Assembly: GCA_002428625.1 (NCBI GenBank)
Contig: DIXI01000011.1
Span: forward strand, 1-64,000
Source: Sphaerochaeta sp. UBA6084
GTDB taxonomy: Bacteria > Spirochaetota > Spirochaetia > Sphaerochaetales > Sphaerochaetaceae
Reading direction: 5' to 3'
Length of the DNA stretch: 64,000 nucleotides
A program made the translations under genes and the position numbers. The notes beneath the pieces are model-generated. The model saw nothing but the letters and a program-made list of their open reading frames with translations, had not been told where the DNA came from and did no database searches. Below, piece by piece: positions 18,455 through 26,691 of the stretch (its first letter is position 1; the number at the start of each line of letters is the position of its first letter).

Positions 18455-19860
18455 AACGATTCATGGACAAGGATTTCCTGCTTTCCAACGATACCGCGCG
18501 CACGTTGTACCACGATTACGCCGCAGGTGAGCCAATTTTCGACTACCATTGCCACCTCATCCCACAGCAGATCGCGGATAACAAGCGTTTCGCGACTCTC
18601 ACCGAAATCTGGTTGGGTGGGGACCACTACAAGTGGCGGGCCATGCGCACTGTAGGAATCGAGGAACGGTTGATTACGGGGGATGCGGATCCATATGATA
18701 AGTTTCTGGCTTGGGCCACCACCATCCCTCAGTTGCTGGGCAATCCGCTGTACCACTGGAGCCATCTGGAACTTCAGCGCTATTTTGGCATTCACGACCA
18801 GCTGAATCCACAAACCGCCCCCTCTATCTGGGATCGGGCCAACGCCCGCCTGGCATCGGAGGACCTGGCTGTCTCCAGTATTTTCCGGCAGTTCAAGGTG
18901 AGCGCGGTGGGTACGACCGACGATCCCGCCGATGACCTCGCACTGCATGCCTTGATCAATTCTGGTAAAGCGGCGATTGGGAAAATCGATACCAAGGTGC
19001 TACCCTCCTTCCGTCCAGACAAGGCCCTCCAAGCCCAAGCTCCGGATTTCGCGGCGTATATAGAGCGCTTGGCGAAGGCTGCTGATATGAAGATCCAGAC
19101 CGTGGATGATGTCTGCTCGGCGCTGGCCAAGCGGCTGTCTTTCTTTGTGGAGTGCGGTTGCCGCGCTTCCGACCACGGTATCCCCATGATGCCGTTTACC
19201 CTGGAGAACGAGGCTTATGTGGAATCGGTATTTCAGAAAGCGATGGCAGGCGGTGCATTGAGTGCGCACGAATTGGATGCCTACCAGACCAAGGTGATGC
19301 TTTTCATAGCTGAACGCTATGCGCAGGAAGGCATTGTCATGCAATTGCATATGAACTCCATCCGCAATCTCAATCCGCCGATGTACACGAAGCTCGGGCC
19401 CGATACCGGTTACGATGCGGCGAACGATCTTTCCATGGCTGGCAAGTTGGCTGGATTTCTAGGTTTACTTGAAAAACGCCACGCCATGCCTAGGACCGTT
19501 CTGTATACGCTGAATCCCAAGGACTATTATGTGATGGCAACAGTGATGGGCAGTTTTCAAGGAGGTGGGATCGCTGGCAAGATGCAGCTCGGTTCCGGTT
19601 GGTGGTTCTGCGATCATAAGGATGGGATGGAGGAACAGATGCGCATTCTCGCCAATCTTGGTTCGCTGCCCCGTTTCATCGGCATGCTCACCGATTCCCG
19701 CAGTTTCCTTTCGTATCCCCGCCATGAATATTTCCGCCGCATCCTATGCAATCTTCTGGGAACCTGGGCGGAGAACGGAGAGATTCCCGCTGATATCCCC
19801 ATGCTGGGAACCGTGGTCAAGGACATCTCTTTCCATAATGCCCAACGCTACTTTGCGTAA
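18451..19860 (+). CDS. uxaC: glucuronate isomerase
   Basis: 469 aa. 'DYHCHL' and the overall UxaC TIM-barrel signature are present. ATGA overlap with uxaA. Confidence 0.9.
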   Translation: MKRFMDKDFLLSNDTARTLYHDYAAGEPIFDYHCHLIPQQIADNKRFATLTEIWLGGDHYKWRAMRTVGIEERLITGDADPYDKFLAWATTIPQLLGNPLYHWSHLELQRYFGIHDQLNPQTAPSIWDRANARLASEDLAVSSIFRQFKVSAVGTTDDPADDLALHALINSGKAAIGKIDTKVLPSFRPDKALQAQAPDFAAYIERLAKAADMKIQTVDDVCSALAKRLSFFVECGCRASDHGIPMMPFTLENEAYVESVFQKAMAGGALSAHELDAYQTKVMLFIAERYAQEGIVMQLHMNSIRNLNPPMYTKLGPDTGYDAANDLSMAGKLAGFLGLLEKRHAMPRTVLYTLNPKDYYVMATVMGSFQGGGIAGKMQLGSGWWFCDHKDGMEEQMRILANLGSLPRFIGMLTDSRSFLSYPRHEYFRRILCNLLGTWAENGEIPADIPMLGTVVKDISFHNAQRYFA

Positions 19861-19882
19861 GTCTGCTTCTGGAGGTGACATT

Positions 19883-20737
19883 ATGGCGAGACAGCCGAAA
19901 CCAGCAGTCGATGAAGTGCTGGAAGAAAAGGAAGAGAGCGGGAACCGAATGCTGAGTTCGGTGCTCCGTACTCTCGGAATTCTCGAGCAACTCGCCAGTC
20001 ATCGCAAGATCAACCTCGAGCGCTTGGCGGTGGAGACTGCGCTTCCTAAGCCTACCCTTTACCGCTTTCTTCTCACGCTGGTGGAGCTTGGGTACGTGTA
20101 TCGCGATGAGAACGATCAATACTCGCTTACGTTGAAGATGTTCAGCATAGGGTCCAAGGGGCTTGCTCATATGGATCTGCCGCAAGTAGCCAGGCCAATT
20201 GCCGAGGATCTTGGATCAGTGCTGCACGAGACTGTGCATATGGGGATTCTTGATGATGACATGGCGATGTATATCCTTAAAATTGAATCCCGCTATACCA
20301 TCCGCATGTATTCCCGGGTTGGTAAACGCATCCCGCTCTACTGTACCGCCATTGGCAAGATATTGCTTTCGGAGATGGAGGATTCGCAGCGTGACCTACT
20401 CATCAGTTCTATGGATTTTGTTCCTTTCACCCGCAACACTTTGTTGAATAGAGTTCGTTTGCTTGCCGAGCTTGACCAGATCCGCCTTCAGGGTTTCGCG
20501 GAGGATAACCAGGAGCATGAGGATGGTGTGCGTTGCATCGCCGTACCGATTCGTGACCATAATGGGATGATTGTAGCCGGGATGTCTGTCTCCTGGCCGG
20601 TTTTCCGCTTTGTCGAGGCGGAGAAGGAACGCTATGTGAAGACTATCACCGCCCGAGCGCTTTCAATATCCTTGCTGCTGGGATATCTTAAGACGGAGCC
20701 AGGGCCCGAGCGAGCTCGGGACCTGGCACCGCGTTGA
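19883..20737 (+). CDS. IclR-family transcriptional regulator (KdgR-like)
   Basis: An N-terminal wHTH ('LSSVLRTLGILEQLASHRKINLERLAVETALPKPTLYRFLLTLVELGYV') and a C-terminal IclR effector domain. The start was chosen at 'MARQPK' with RBS 'ggaggtg'. The longest ORF, from 19565, would overlap uxaC. Confidence 0.8.
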   Translation: MARQPKPAVDEVLEEKEESGNRMLSSVLRTLGILEQLASHRKINLERLAVETALPKPTLYRFLLTLVELGYVYRDENDQYSLTLKMFSIGSKGLAHMDLPQVARPIAEDLGSVLHETVHMGILDDDMAMYILKIESRYTIRMYSRVGKRIPLYCTAIGKILLSEMEDSQRDLLISSMDFVPFTRNTLLNRVRLLAELDQIRLQGFAEDNQEHEDGVRCIAVPIRDHNGMIVAGMSVSWPVFRFVEAEKERYVKTITARALSISLLLGYLKTEPGPERARDLAPR

Positions 20738-20795
20738 CCTTAAAGAGACGGGCTGGGCCTGTCGACCTGGCACCGATAACCGCAATACGCAGGAG
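20723..20795. repeat. two tandem copies of the GACCTGGCACC-core dispersed repeat (at 20731 and 20773); the first overlaps the IclR stop codon
   Basis: The 15-mer 'tcgggacctggcacc' is shared with 63369-63383. 'accgcaatacgcaggag' resembles 'accgcaatcacagagg' in the 60363 copy. Confidence 0.6.
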
Positions 20796-20805
20796 AATCT
20801 TTGGG

Positions 20806-21834
20806 TTAGCGCTGCACGCGGCCGGAACCGTCGCCCTTTAGCAAAGCTTCTACCTCGCTGCGGGAAGTAAGGTTGAAATCTCCAGGAACGCTATGCTTCA
20901 GGCAGGAAGCAGCCACGGCAAACTCCAGTGCTTGAGCTTCGCCATAATGGCGCAGGCCGTAGATGAGACCTGCAGAGAAAGAATCGCCTCCCCCTACCCG
21001 GTCGATGATATCATCGATTGCGTACTTTCGCGAAGAAAAGAACCCATTCTTGCCAGACATCACCGCACGCCAGCCATTGCGGTCCGCGCTGAGGCTTTCG
21101 CGTAAAGTGATAGCCACATGGGTGACCTGGGGGAACATCCGCCTCACTTTTCCAATCAACTGCTCGTAGACTGCATCGGAAAGTTCGCCCTTGGTTACAT
21201 CCACATCGGCTTCAATCCCGAGACACATCTGGATATCTTCTTCGTTGGCAACCATCACATCAACAAACTTGGCGAGCTCGCGCATGACTTCGGGAGCCTT
21301 TTTGCCGTAGTTCCACAATTTCTTGCGGAAGTTCAAGTCCATCGAGACCGTGACACCAAGCCTACGAGCCGTCCTCATCGCCTCCAAGGCCGCATCTGCT
21401 GCGCTTTGAGATAGCGCAGGAGTGATACCGGTGACATGGAACCAGCCTGCATCAGCCAAAATTGCCTCCCAATCGAAATCCTTAGGACCAGCAAGGCAGA
21501 TGGAAGATGCATCCCGGTCGTACACAACCTTTGAAGAGCGCTGATTGGCTCCGTTCTCGATGAAATAGATGCCTACCCGACCCTGTTTCGTGCGTTTGAT
21601 AGAGGAGACATCCACCCCATATTTTCTCACTTCGGCCACTGCACCATCGCCAAGCGCGTTATCGGGAAGCGCGGTGACAAAACGGGCGCTGTCGCCCAAA
21701 AGACTCAACGATACCGCAACATTGGCTTCACCACCACCGAACGTGGCCTCGAGCAGTGGAGATTGGAAAAATCGCTCATGCTGTGGCGATTTCAAACGAA
21801 GCATTATCTCTCCAAAAGTAACAACGGATTTCAT
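20806..21834 (-). CDS. kdgK: 2-dehydro-3-deoxygluconokinase (PfkB family)
   Basis: 'TFGEIMLRL...GGGEANVAVSLSLLG' is a KDG-kinase N-terminus, with the C-terminal PfkB motif 'GAGDSFSAGLIYG'. The start was chosen at 'MKSVVTFGEIMLRLKSP'. The longest ORF extends to 21855. Confidence 0.8.
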   Translation of the reverse strand: MKSVVTFGEIMLRLKSPQHERFFQSPLLEATFGGGEANVAVSLSLLGDSARFVTALPDNALGDGAVAEVRKYGVDVSSIKRTKQGRVGIYFIENGANQRSSKVVYDRDASSICLAGPKDFDWEAILADAGWFHVTGITPALSQSAADAALEAMRTARRLGVTVSMDLNFRKKLWNYGKKAPEVMRELAKFVDVMVANEEDIQMCLGIEADVDVTKGELSDAVYEQLIGKVRRMFPQVTHVAITLRESLSADRNGWRAVMSGKNGFFSSRKYAIDDIIDRVGGGDSFSAGLIYGLRHYGEAQALEFAVAASCLKHSVPGDFNLTSRSEVEALLKGDGSGRVQR

Positions 21835-21904
21835 GATAGGCGACCTCACTCGCATAGTAGGATAGGCTGATTATAGCATACTGGTGCAAAACGTCAATAT
21901 TTAT

Positions 21905-21919
21905 TGGAATGTTGTTCCA
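21905..21919. promoter_or_regulatory. candidate KdgR/IclR operator TGGAATGTTGTTCCA in the kdgK/eda divergent intergenic region
   Basis: Inverted-repeat arms TGGAA/TTCCA. It is 13/15 identical to the motif at the uxaA promoter. Confidence 0.35.
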
Positions 21920-21973
21920 TTTTTTAATTACCAATGATATACTATGAAAAAATCGCTCAAAGAGGATTAAAAC

Positions 21974-22936
21974 ATGCCAGACATGAACCAACGAATCAGA
22001 AATATCGGAATAGTTCCTGTGATCAAGCTCGATAGCGTCGACCAAGCCAAACCTCTTGCGCAAGCGCTGATCGCTGGAGGTCTTCCTGTCGCCGAAGTCA
22101 CCTTCAGGACCGCGGCCGCAGAGGGAAGCATACGCATCATGCGGACGGAATTCCCCACCATGCTCGTGGGTGCTGGAACCATCACCAATGTGGAAAGCGC
22201 TGGCAAAGCAATCGCTGCTGGAGCCCAGTTTGTGGTTTCCCCCGGCTACAGTGAGGAGGTGGTAAGCTTCTGCCAAGCGAAAGGCATTCCCGTGTACCCT
22301 GGGGTGAACAATCCATCCCAAATCCAACAAGCTATCAACCAAGGGCTTGATGTGGTGAAGTTCTTCCCGGCCGAAGCTTCCGGGGGAATCGATATGCTCG
22401 ATGCGCTCTCAGCTCCTTTCCCATCGCTCAAATTCATGCCGACCGGTGGAATCGGGATGAACAATCTTGGCTCGTACATCAGAAAACCCTATATCATCGC
22501 CTGTGGTGGCAGTTGGATGGTGAAGGCCGAGCTTATCACGCAAGGGAAATGGGATGAGATTTCCCGCTTGAGCCGTGAAGCAGTCAATGCGGTCCATGGA
22601 TTTTCTTTTGCCCACCTAGGAGTAAGCGAGGATTCTGTAGGAGAGTGCATGGCGACCTCAACCGAATTCGGACGGCTGCTCCAACCGGTTTCCGAAGGCA
22701 ACAGCAGTGTGTTCGCCAGCGATTTCATCGAGATCACCAAGTCCACTTCCCGTGGCAAGAAAGGCCATATCGGCATCCGCACCTGGGATATCGAACGAGC
22801 CTTGGCCTACCTCGCGGGGTTTGGATATCAGCCGGTTGTTGAAACAATCAAACGCGATGTTAAAGGGGTGATGACGGTCGTCTACCTCGATAAGGAAATT
22901 GGCGGCTTTGCAATTCATTTGATCAGATCAAAATAA
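21974..22936 (+). CDS. eda: KDPG/KHG aldolase (Eda) with a ~100 aa C-terminal VOC/glyoxalase-like extension
   Basis: The first ~210 aa ('IVPVIKLDSVDQAKPLAQALIAGGLPVAEVTFRT...KFFPAE') are a canonical Eda aldolase. The C-terminal ~100 aa ('HLGVSE...GHIGIRTWDIERALAYLAGFGY...FAIHLI') resemble a VOC beta-alpha-beta-beta-beta module. Confidence 0.8.
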   Translation: MPDMNQRIRNIGIVPVIKLDSVDQAKPLAQALIAGGLPVAEVTFRTAAAEGSIRIMRTEFPTMLVGAGTITNVESAGKAIAAGAQFVVSPGYSEEVVSFCQAKGIPVYPGVNNPSQIQQAINQGLDVVKFFPAEASGGIDMLDALSAPFPSLKFMPTGGIGMNNLGSYIRKPYIIACGGSWMVKAELITQGKWDEISRLSREAVNAVHGFSFAHLGVSEDSVGECMATSTEFGRLLQPVSEGNSSVFASDFIEITKSTSRGKKGHIGIRTWDIERALAYLAGFGYQPVVETIKRDVKGVMTVVYLDKEIGGFAIHLIRSK

Positions 22937-22947
22937 TCTGTGGTTTA

Positions 22948-22988
22948 GGTTCCGGGAACCTTTTCGGTTTGGGTTCCCGGAACCTTTT
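22948..22988 (+). terminator. tandem hairpin terminators after eda
   Basis: GGTTCCGGGAACC+TTTT (22948-22964) and GGTTCCCGGAACC+TTTT (22972-22988). A third hairpin with a T8 run lies at ~23005-23028. Confidence 0.5.
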
Positions 22989-23084
22989 CCACAACACCTA
23001 TCCTGCCGCTATGGCGGGATTTTTTTTGCTTTTTGGGATTTCTGGTGGTATATTGGTAATATATTACCAAAAGGAGATTTCAAG

Positions 23085-23483
23085 ATGCCAGGAAAATTCA
23101 CCATCGTAAAAACTCCCAAGGGTTTTTACCGCTTCACACTTTACGCCTCCAATCATCAAGTGGTTCTCATGAGTGAGAACTACACCACGCTTAGAGCTTG
23201 TCGTGAAGGAATCCAGTCCATCCAAAAGAACGCTTTCTCCCAAGTGGAGGACCAGACGCTTAAAACGGTGGAAAAGAAAGGGTATCCTAAGTATGAAGTA
23301 TACCTGGACAAAGCCGAACAGTACCGCTTCAGGCTGCTCGCACGCAATGGCCAGATAGTCGGAATCCCGGAAGCTGGATATGCAAGTAAATCTGGTTGCT
23401 TGAATGGAATCGAAGCGGTGGGTCGAGCCGCACCAGATGCCGAGATCGATGAATCGGCCTTGTCTGAGCAAACCTCCAATTGA
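23085..23483 (+). CDS. DUF1508 (YegP-like) tandem-domain protein
   Basis: 132 aa with two repeats of the YegP-like motif ('FTIVKTPKGFYRFTLYASNHQVVLMSENYTT', 'YEVYLDKAEQYRFRLLARNGQIVGIPEAGYASKS'). RBS 'aaaggag'. Confidence 0.7.
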   Translation: MPGKFTIVKTPKGFYRFTLYASNHQVVLMSENYTTLRACREGIQSIQKNAFSQVEDQTLKTVEKKGYPKYEVYLDKAEQYRFRLLARNGQIVGIPEAGYASKSGCLNGIEAVGRAAPDAEIDESALSEQTSN

Positions 23484-23652
23484 ATATCTAGGATATTTTT
23501 TTGGCCAGATATTGAGAAAATACTCGCTTTCATTACCATATGGTTGTTTTATCACCTATCTGGAGCTTTTTGCGAGCATTTTCCATCTGACAAGTAACTA
23601 TTTGCTAATGGGTATTTCTAAAGTATGCATGCATGTTTGAAGCGCGTATACT

Positions 23653-23946
23653 GTGGACATGAAGTTCCACTTAGCCTTGCAAGCACTTTTAGACACCCAC
23701 AAGCTGACTTCCTACCGATTGAGCGAAATATCGGGCATTCCGAGAAGCAATATCTCCAAGCTGCTGCATGGCAGCAATCAACCGTCCATGGACACGTTGG
23801 AGCGAGTGGCGAGAGCACTTGAAATGAAACCATCCCAACTTCTCGAATTTGTCGAAGACTACGAAGGCTTCATGTTAGAGAAACGGCTGGTGCGTGATAT
23901 CGAAGGACTTCGGAATCACCCTCTGCTCAAGTTGCCATTGGAATGA
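23653..23946 (+). CDS. XRE-family helix-turn-helix transcriptional regulator
   Basis: 97 aa. 'LTSYRLSEISGIPRSNISKLLHGSNQPSMDTLERVARAL' is an HTH_XRE motif. Confidence 0.7.
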   Translation: MDMKFHLALQALLDTHKLTSYRLSEISGIPRSNISKLLHGSNQPSMDTLERVARALEMKPSQLLEFVEDYEGFMLEKRLVRDIEGLRNHPLLKLPLE

Positions 23947-25199
23947 TAAGCGAACAGCTCCTCGGTAGCCAGCGCGATTTTGGTAACAGAAAAATCCCCT
24001 TCCTTGGGAAATATGTAATAGGTGTCATCCAGGGTTGATAGATCGATGCAATCACCTTTTCCCTTATACTCATACTCGATATGGCAAGAGTACATCGACA
24101 AGGCGGGCTTCTCCAACAGAAAATCGGTCCCATCGATATTTCCTTCCAAACGGAATCCATCCATGCCGTGGATGAGCGTGGCCGTGCCCAAACGGATGAA
24201 CTCCTTGGCATTCGGCAAGGCGTCGACAACCGCGGGGATCTTCAACAAGTAAGTACCTGTCCGCACCTGCGCGCGAACCTGGACGCGCTCAAATTCATAC
24301 CAGTCGGGGATGTGGGGAAACTCCACCACCAGAGAGTTCTCGTCTGACGCATGGACCACGGTCTGCAGTTCGCCCAGGGGAGTCATCTCCCATTCTTTTT
24401 GACAGGCCGCACAGCGTAGACGGCTGCCTTTGGATTCCATCCGGTACTCGGTGAGACAATGGGGGCATTGATACAACACCTTATGGAGGCCTTCAGCCCG
24501 CTGGGGATGATCGATAATGATATTCTGTTCTTTCTGCCAGCGGTACTCATCATACATGAAGGCCTCGTTGATGCGGGCATTGATTGTCTCCACTGACAAG
24601 GTCTTGAGATCTTCTGGCGATAGGAGGTGGGTGAGATCCGCAGCGATCCGGTTCCCTCGGGGTGTAAGGTTCCAACAAGGGGAATTCAGATAATTGCCGT
24701 GCATGTTGAGCATCACCACCGGCACCCCCAGCAACTTCGCCATCTTTCCTAGAGAAGCAGGCAGCACAGCGTTCGTACCGATCAGGGAATAACGGGCCTC
24801 GGGATACAGTGCTAGAATATCCTTATGCTTAAGGATCACATGCCTGATCTGACGGATGAGCTGGATATCGTTGGTGAATTTGCGCTTGCAGATTCCCCCT
24901 GCCATCCGAAGCAGCATCTCGCGGCCGATGAAACCATCGATCGCCACCACATAATTCGCACGATGTGGGAATATCGCCGCAGTTGTCACTTTAAAGTCCA
25001 TGAAGGCCATATGTGTGCACAGCAGAAGATACGGAGGTTTGACGCCCTTCATACCCACTTTGGTCACCTTGAGACGGTGCTTGATGACATCGGGATAGCT
25101 GAGGATCCAAGTAAGCGGCTTGAGGTAAAATTTCTGCTTGATCGGCTTACGGACCATGTCGAAGCGGGGTGTGTTTTTAAGTTTCTCGATTCCTGTCAT
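23916..25199 (-). CDS. lysophospholipid acyltransferase (PlsC/LPLAT family) with a long C-terminal extension
   Basis: 427 aa. The HxxxxD catalytic motif 'HMAFMD' and a 'PEARYS' (PEGTR-like) motif are present. I do not recognise the C-terminal ~200 aa. Confidence 0.55.
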   Translation of the reverse strand: MTGIEKLKNTPRFDMVRKPIKQKFYLKPLTWILSYPDVIKHRLKVTKVGMKGVKPPYLLLCTHMAFMDFKVTTAAIFPHRANYVVAIDGFIGREMLLRMAGGICKRKFTNDIQLIRQIRHVILKHKDILALYPEARYSLIGTNAVLPASLGKMAKLLGVPVVMLNMHGNYLNSPCWNLTPRGNRIAADLTHLLSPEDLKTLSVETINARINEAFMYDEYRWQKEQNIIIDHPQRAEGLHKVLYQCPHCLTEYRMESKGSRLRCAACQKEWEMTPLGELQTVVHASDENSLVVEFPHIPDWYEFERVQVRAQVRTGTYLLKIPAVVDALPNAKEFIRLGTATLIHGMDGFRLEGNIDGTDFLLEKPALSMYSCHIEYEYKGKGDCIDLSTLDDTYYIFPKEGDFSVTKIALATEELFAYHSNGNLSRG

Positions 25200-26157
25200 C
25201 GGTGACCACCTTGTTTCCAGTTTTTATATCGATGAGATTGAATAAGGGTCGTCCCGATCTAAAACGAACGAGATTTTCAACTAGAATATCAAAAATCGAC
25301 TCTACCGTAGCCGGCAGCTGGAAGCCTCCAGCGGTATGAGGTGTGAGCACCACCTGGGGAAGCTGCCAGAGACGATGTCCAGAGGGAAGAGGTTCCTCTT
25401 CAAACACATCCAGACCGGCACCAGCGAGATGACCGCTCTCCAGAGCAGCCACGAGCGCATCCGTATCGACCACCGAGCCACGCCCCACGTTCAGCAGATA
25501 CGCTCCCTGCTTCATCCTTGCTATCCGCGAGGCATCGAACATGCGGTTTGTGCTTGGCATTCCCGGTAAGGTGATGGCAACGAAGTCGGCCCGTGGCAGC
25601 AAGGCATCCAGAGCCTCAGCCGGGTGAAGTTCATCGACACAATCGGGTTTGGCTCCAACCGTGCGGCGCACACCAATCACATAGGCACCCATCGAGCGGA
25701 CATGCGAAGCGAAGGTCCCCCCAAGATCGCCAAGCCCTACCACTAGGATTGTCGATCCATGGATAGTCCGTGTTGGTAGGGTACGATGCCATTCACCACG
25801 GCTCTGCGAGTCGCGATAGATGCCGAGATTCTTGGTGAGCACGAGCAATAAAGCCAAAAGATGCTCCGAGACAGCCATTCCAAACGCCCCTGAGGAACAC
25901 GTGAGCAGAGCTTTCGGCGGAAGCACTCCCGGGTCGGTATACCCATTCGCCCCGGCGCTGGACAATTGGATCCAGGAAAGACGCGTGGCAAAGGGCAGCA
26001 CCGCTATAGGCACATTGCCTAGGATGATATCCGCCGGGCGCACATCCTCGGCTGTCACCTTCAACCGATGCGCATAGACCAGAGTCCAGTCTGGAACCAA
26101 AGCCTCGAGCTTCCTCTTATGTTCATCATTCGCGGGGAAGGTTACAAGAACATGCAT
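25177..26157 (-). CDS. D-isomer-specific 2-hydroxyacid dehydrogenase (NAD-binding; glyoxylate/hydroxypyruvate reductase-like)
   Basis: 326 aa. The Rossmann motif 'VVGLGDLGGTFA' and the catalytic region 'VVLTPHTAG' are present. Confidence 0.8.
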   Translation of the reverse strand: MHVLVTFPANDEHKRKLEALVPDWTLVYAHRLKVTAEDVRPADIILGNVPIAVLPFATRLSWIQLSSAGANGYTDPGVLPPKALLTCSSGAFGMAVSEHLLALLLVLTKNLGIYRDSQSRGEWHRTLPTRTIHGSTILVVGLGDLGGTFASHVRSMGAYVIGVRRTVGAKPDCVDELHPAEALDALLPRADFVAITLPGMPSTNRMFDASRIARMKQGAYLLNVGRGSVVDTDALVAALESGHLAGAGLDVFEEEPLPSGHRLWQLPQVVLTPHTAGGFQLPATVESIFDILVENLVRFRSGRPLFNLIDIKTGNKVVTDDRNRET

Positions 26158-26442
26158 CGGAACTTACTCCTTAAAGTACACATCATGAGAAGAAGGTACC
26201 ATCATTGGCCCTTGAGCGCAAGAATTCTTTCAGCTGTTCCATTCTTGACTCCACACCTTGGTCCATCGTGGACTGAAAGAAAGACTTGATACGCACTTTC
26301 TGGAGCTCATTCCGGCTGCGACTTCAGCTCAAGTAGCAAATTTGGTGTCAATTTAAATTTTTTCGCAATTAATTGGACTTTTTTCACATTAACTATTGAC
26401 TCTTTTTTTAGATTCAGGTACCTTCATTTCAGTGAATCAAAA

Positions 26443-26498
26443 GGCGGCGACAGTTGGTGTTGCTGGTAACAGAGGCGGTTCGATTCCGCCAACGCCCA
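26443..26498 (+). other. tRNA-like 3' fragment (T-arm GGCGG-TTCGATT-CCGCC plus acceptor 3' strand AACGCCC-A); no complementary 5' acceptor strand is present
   Basis: A canonical T-loop, GGTTCGATTCC, lies in a 530-nt intergenic region. The needed 5' strand 'GGGCGTT' is absent within 100 nt upstream, so this is not a complete tRNA. Confidence 0.3.
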
Positions 26499-26691
26499 AA
26501 CCTATACGAAAATCTTTATGGTTGTCGTGGTAAAAAGGTGCTGATTCGGATCGTGTGAATAAGCGATTGCAAGTTTCAGTTGGCTGAACGTTATAAGCTG
26601 GCATACTGCAAGTTAAAGCTAAAAGCAAGGTACCGAACGCACCTTTTGTATTTATTGACACAAACCCTCCCAAAGCATATCGTCATACACC

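Noticed and set aside
26443-26498. A complete tRNA gene or a permuted tmRNA
   Set aside because: The T-arm and 3' acceptor strand are present, but no complementary 5' acceptor strand or anticodon arm can be formed from the upstream 100 nt. A downstream 'ggtgctgattcggatcg' superficially resembles a tmRNA 5' end but cannot pair with AACGCCC.
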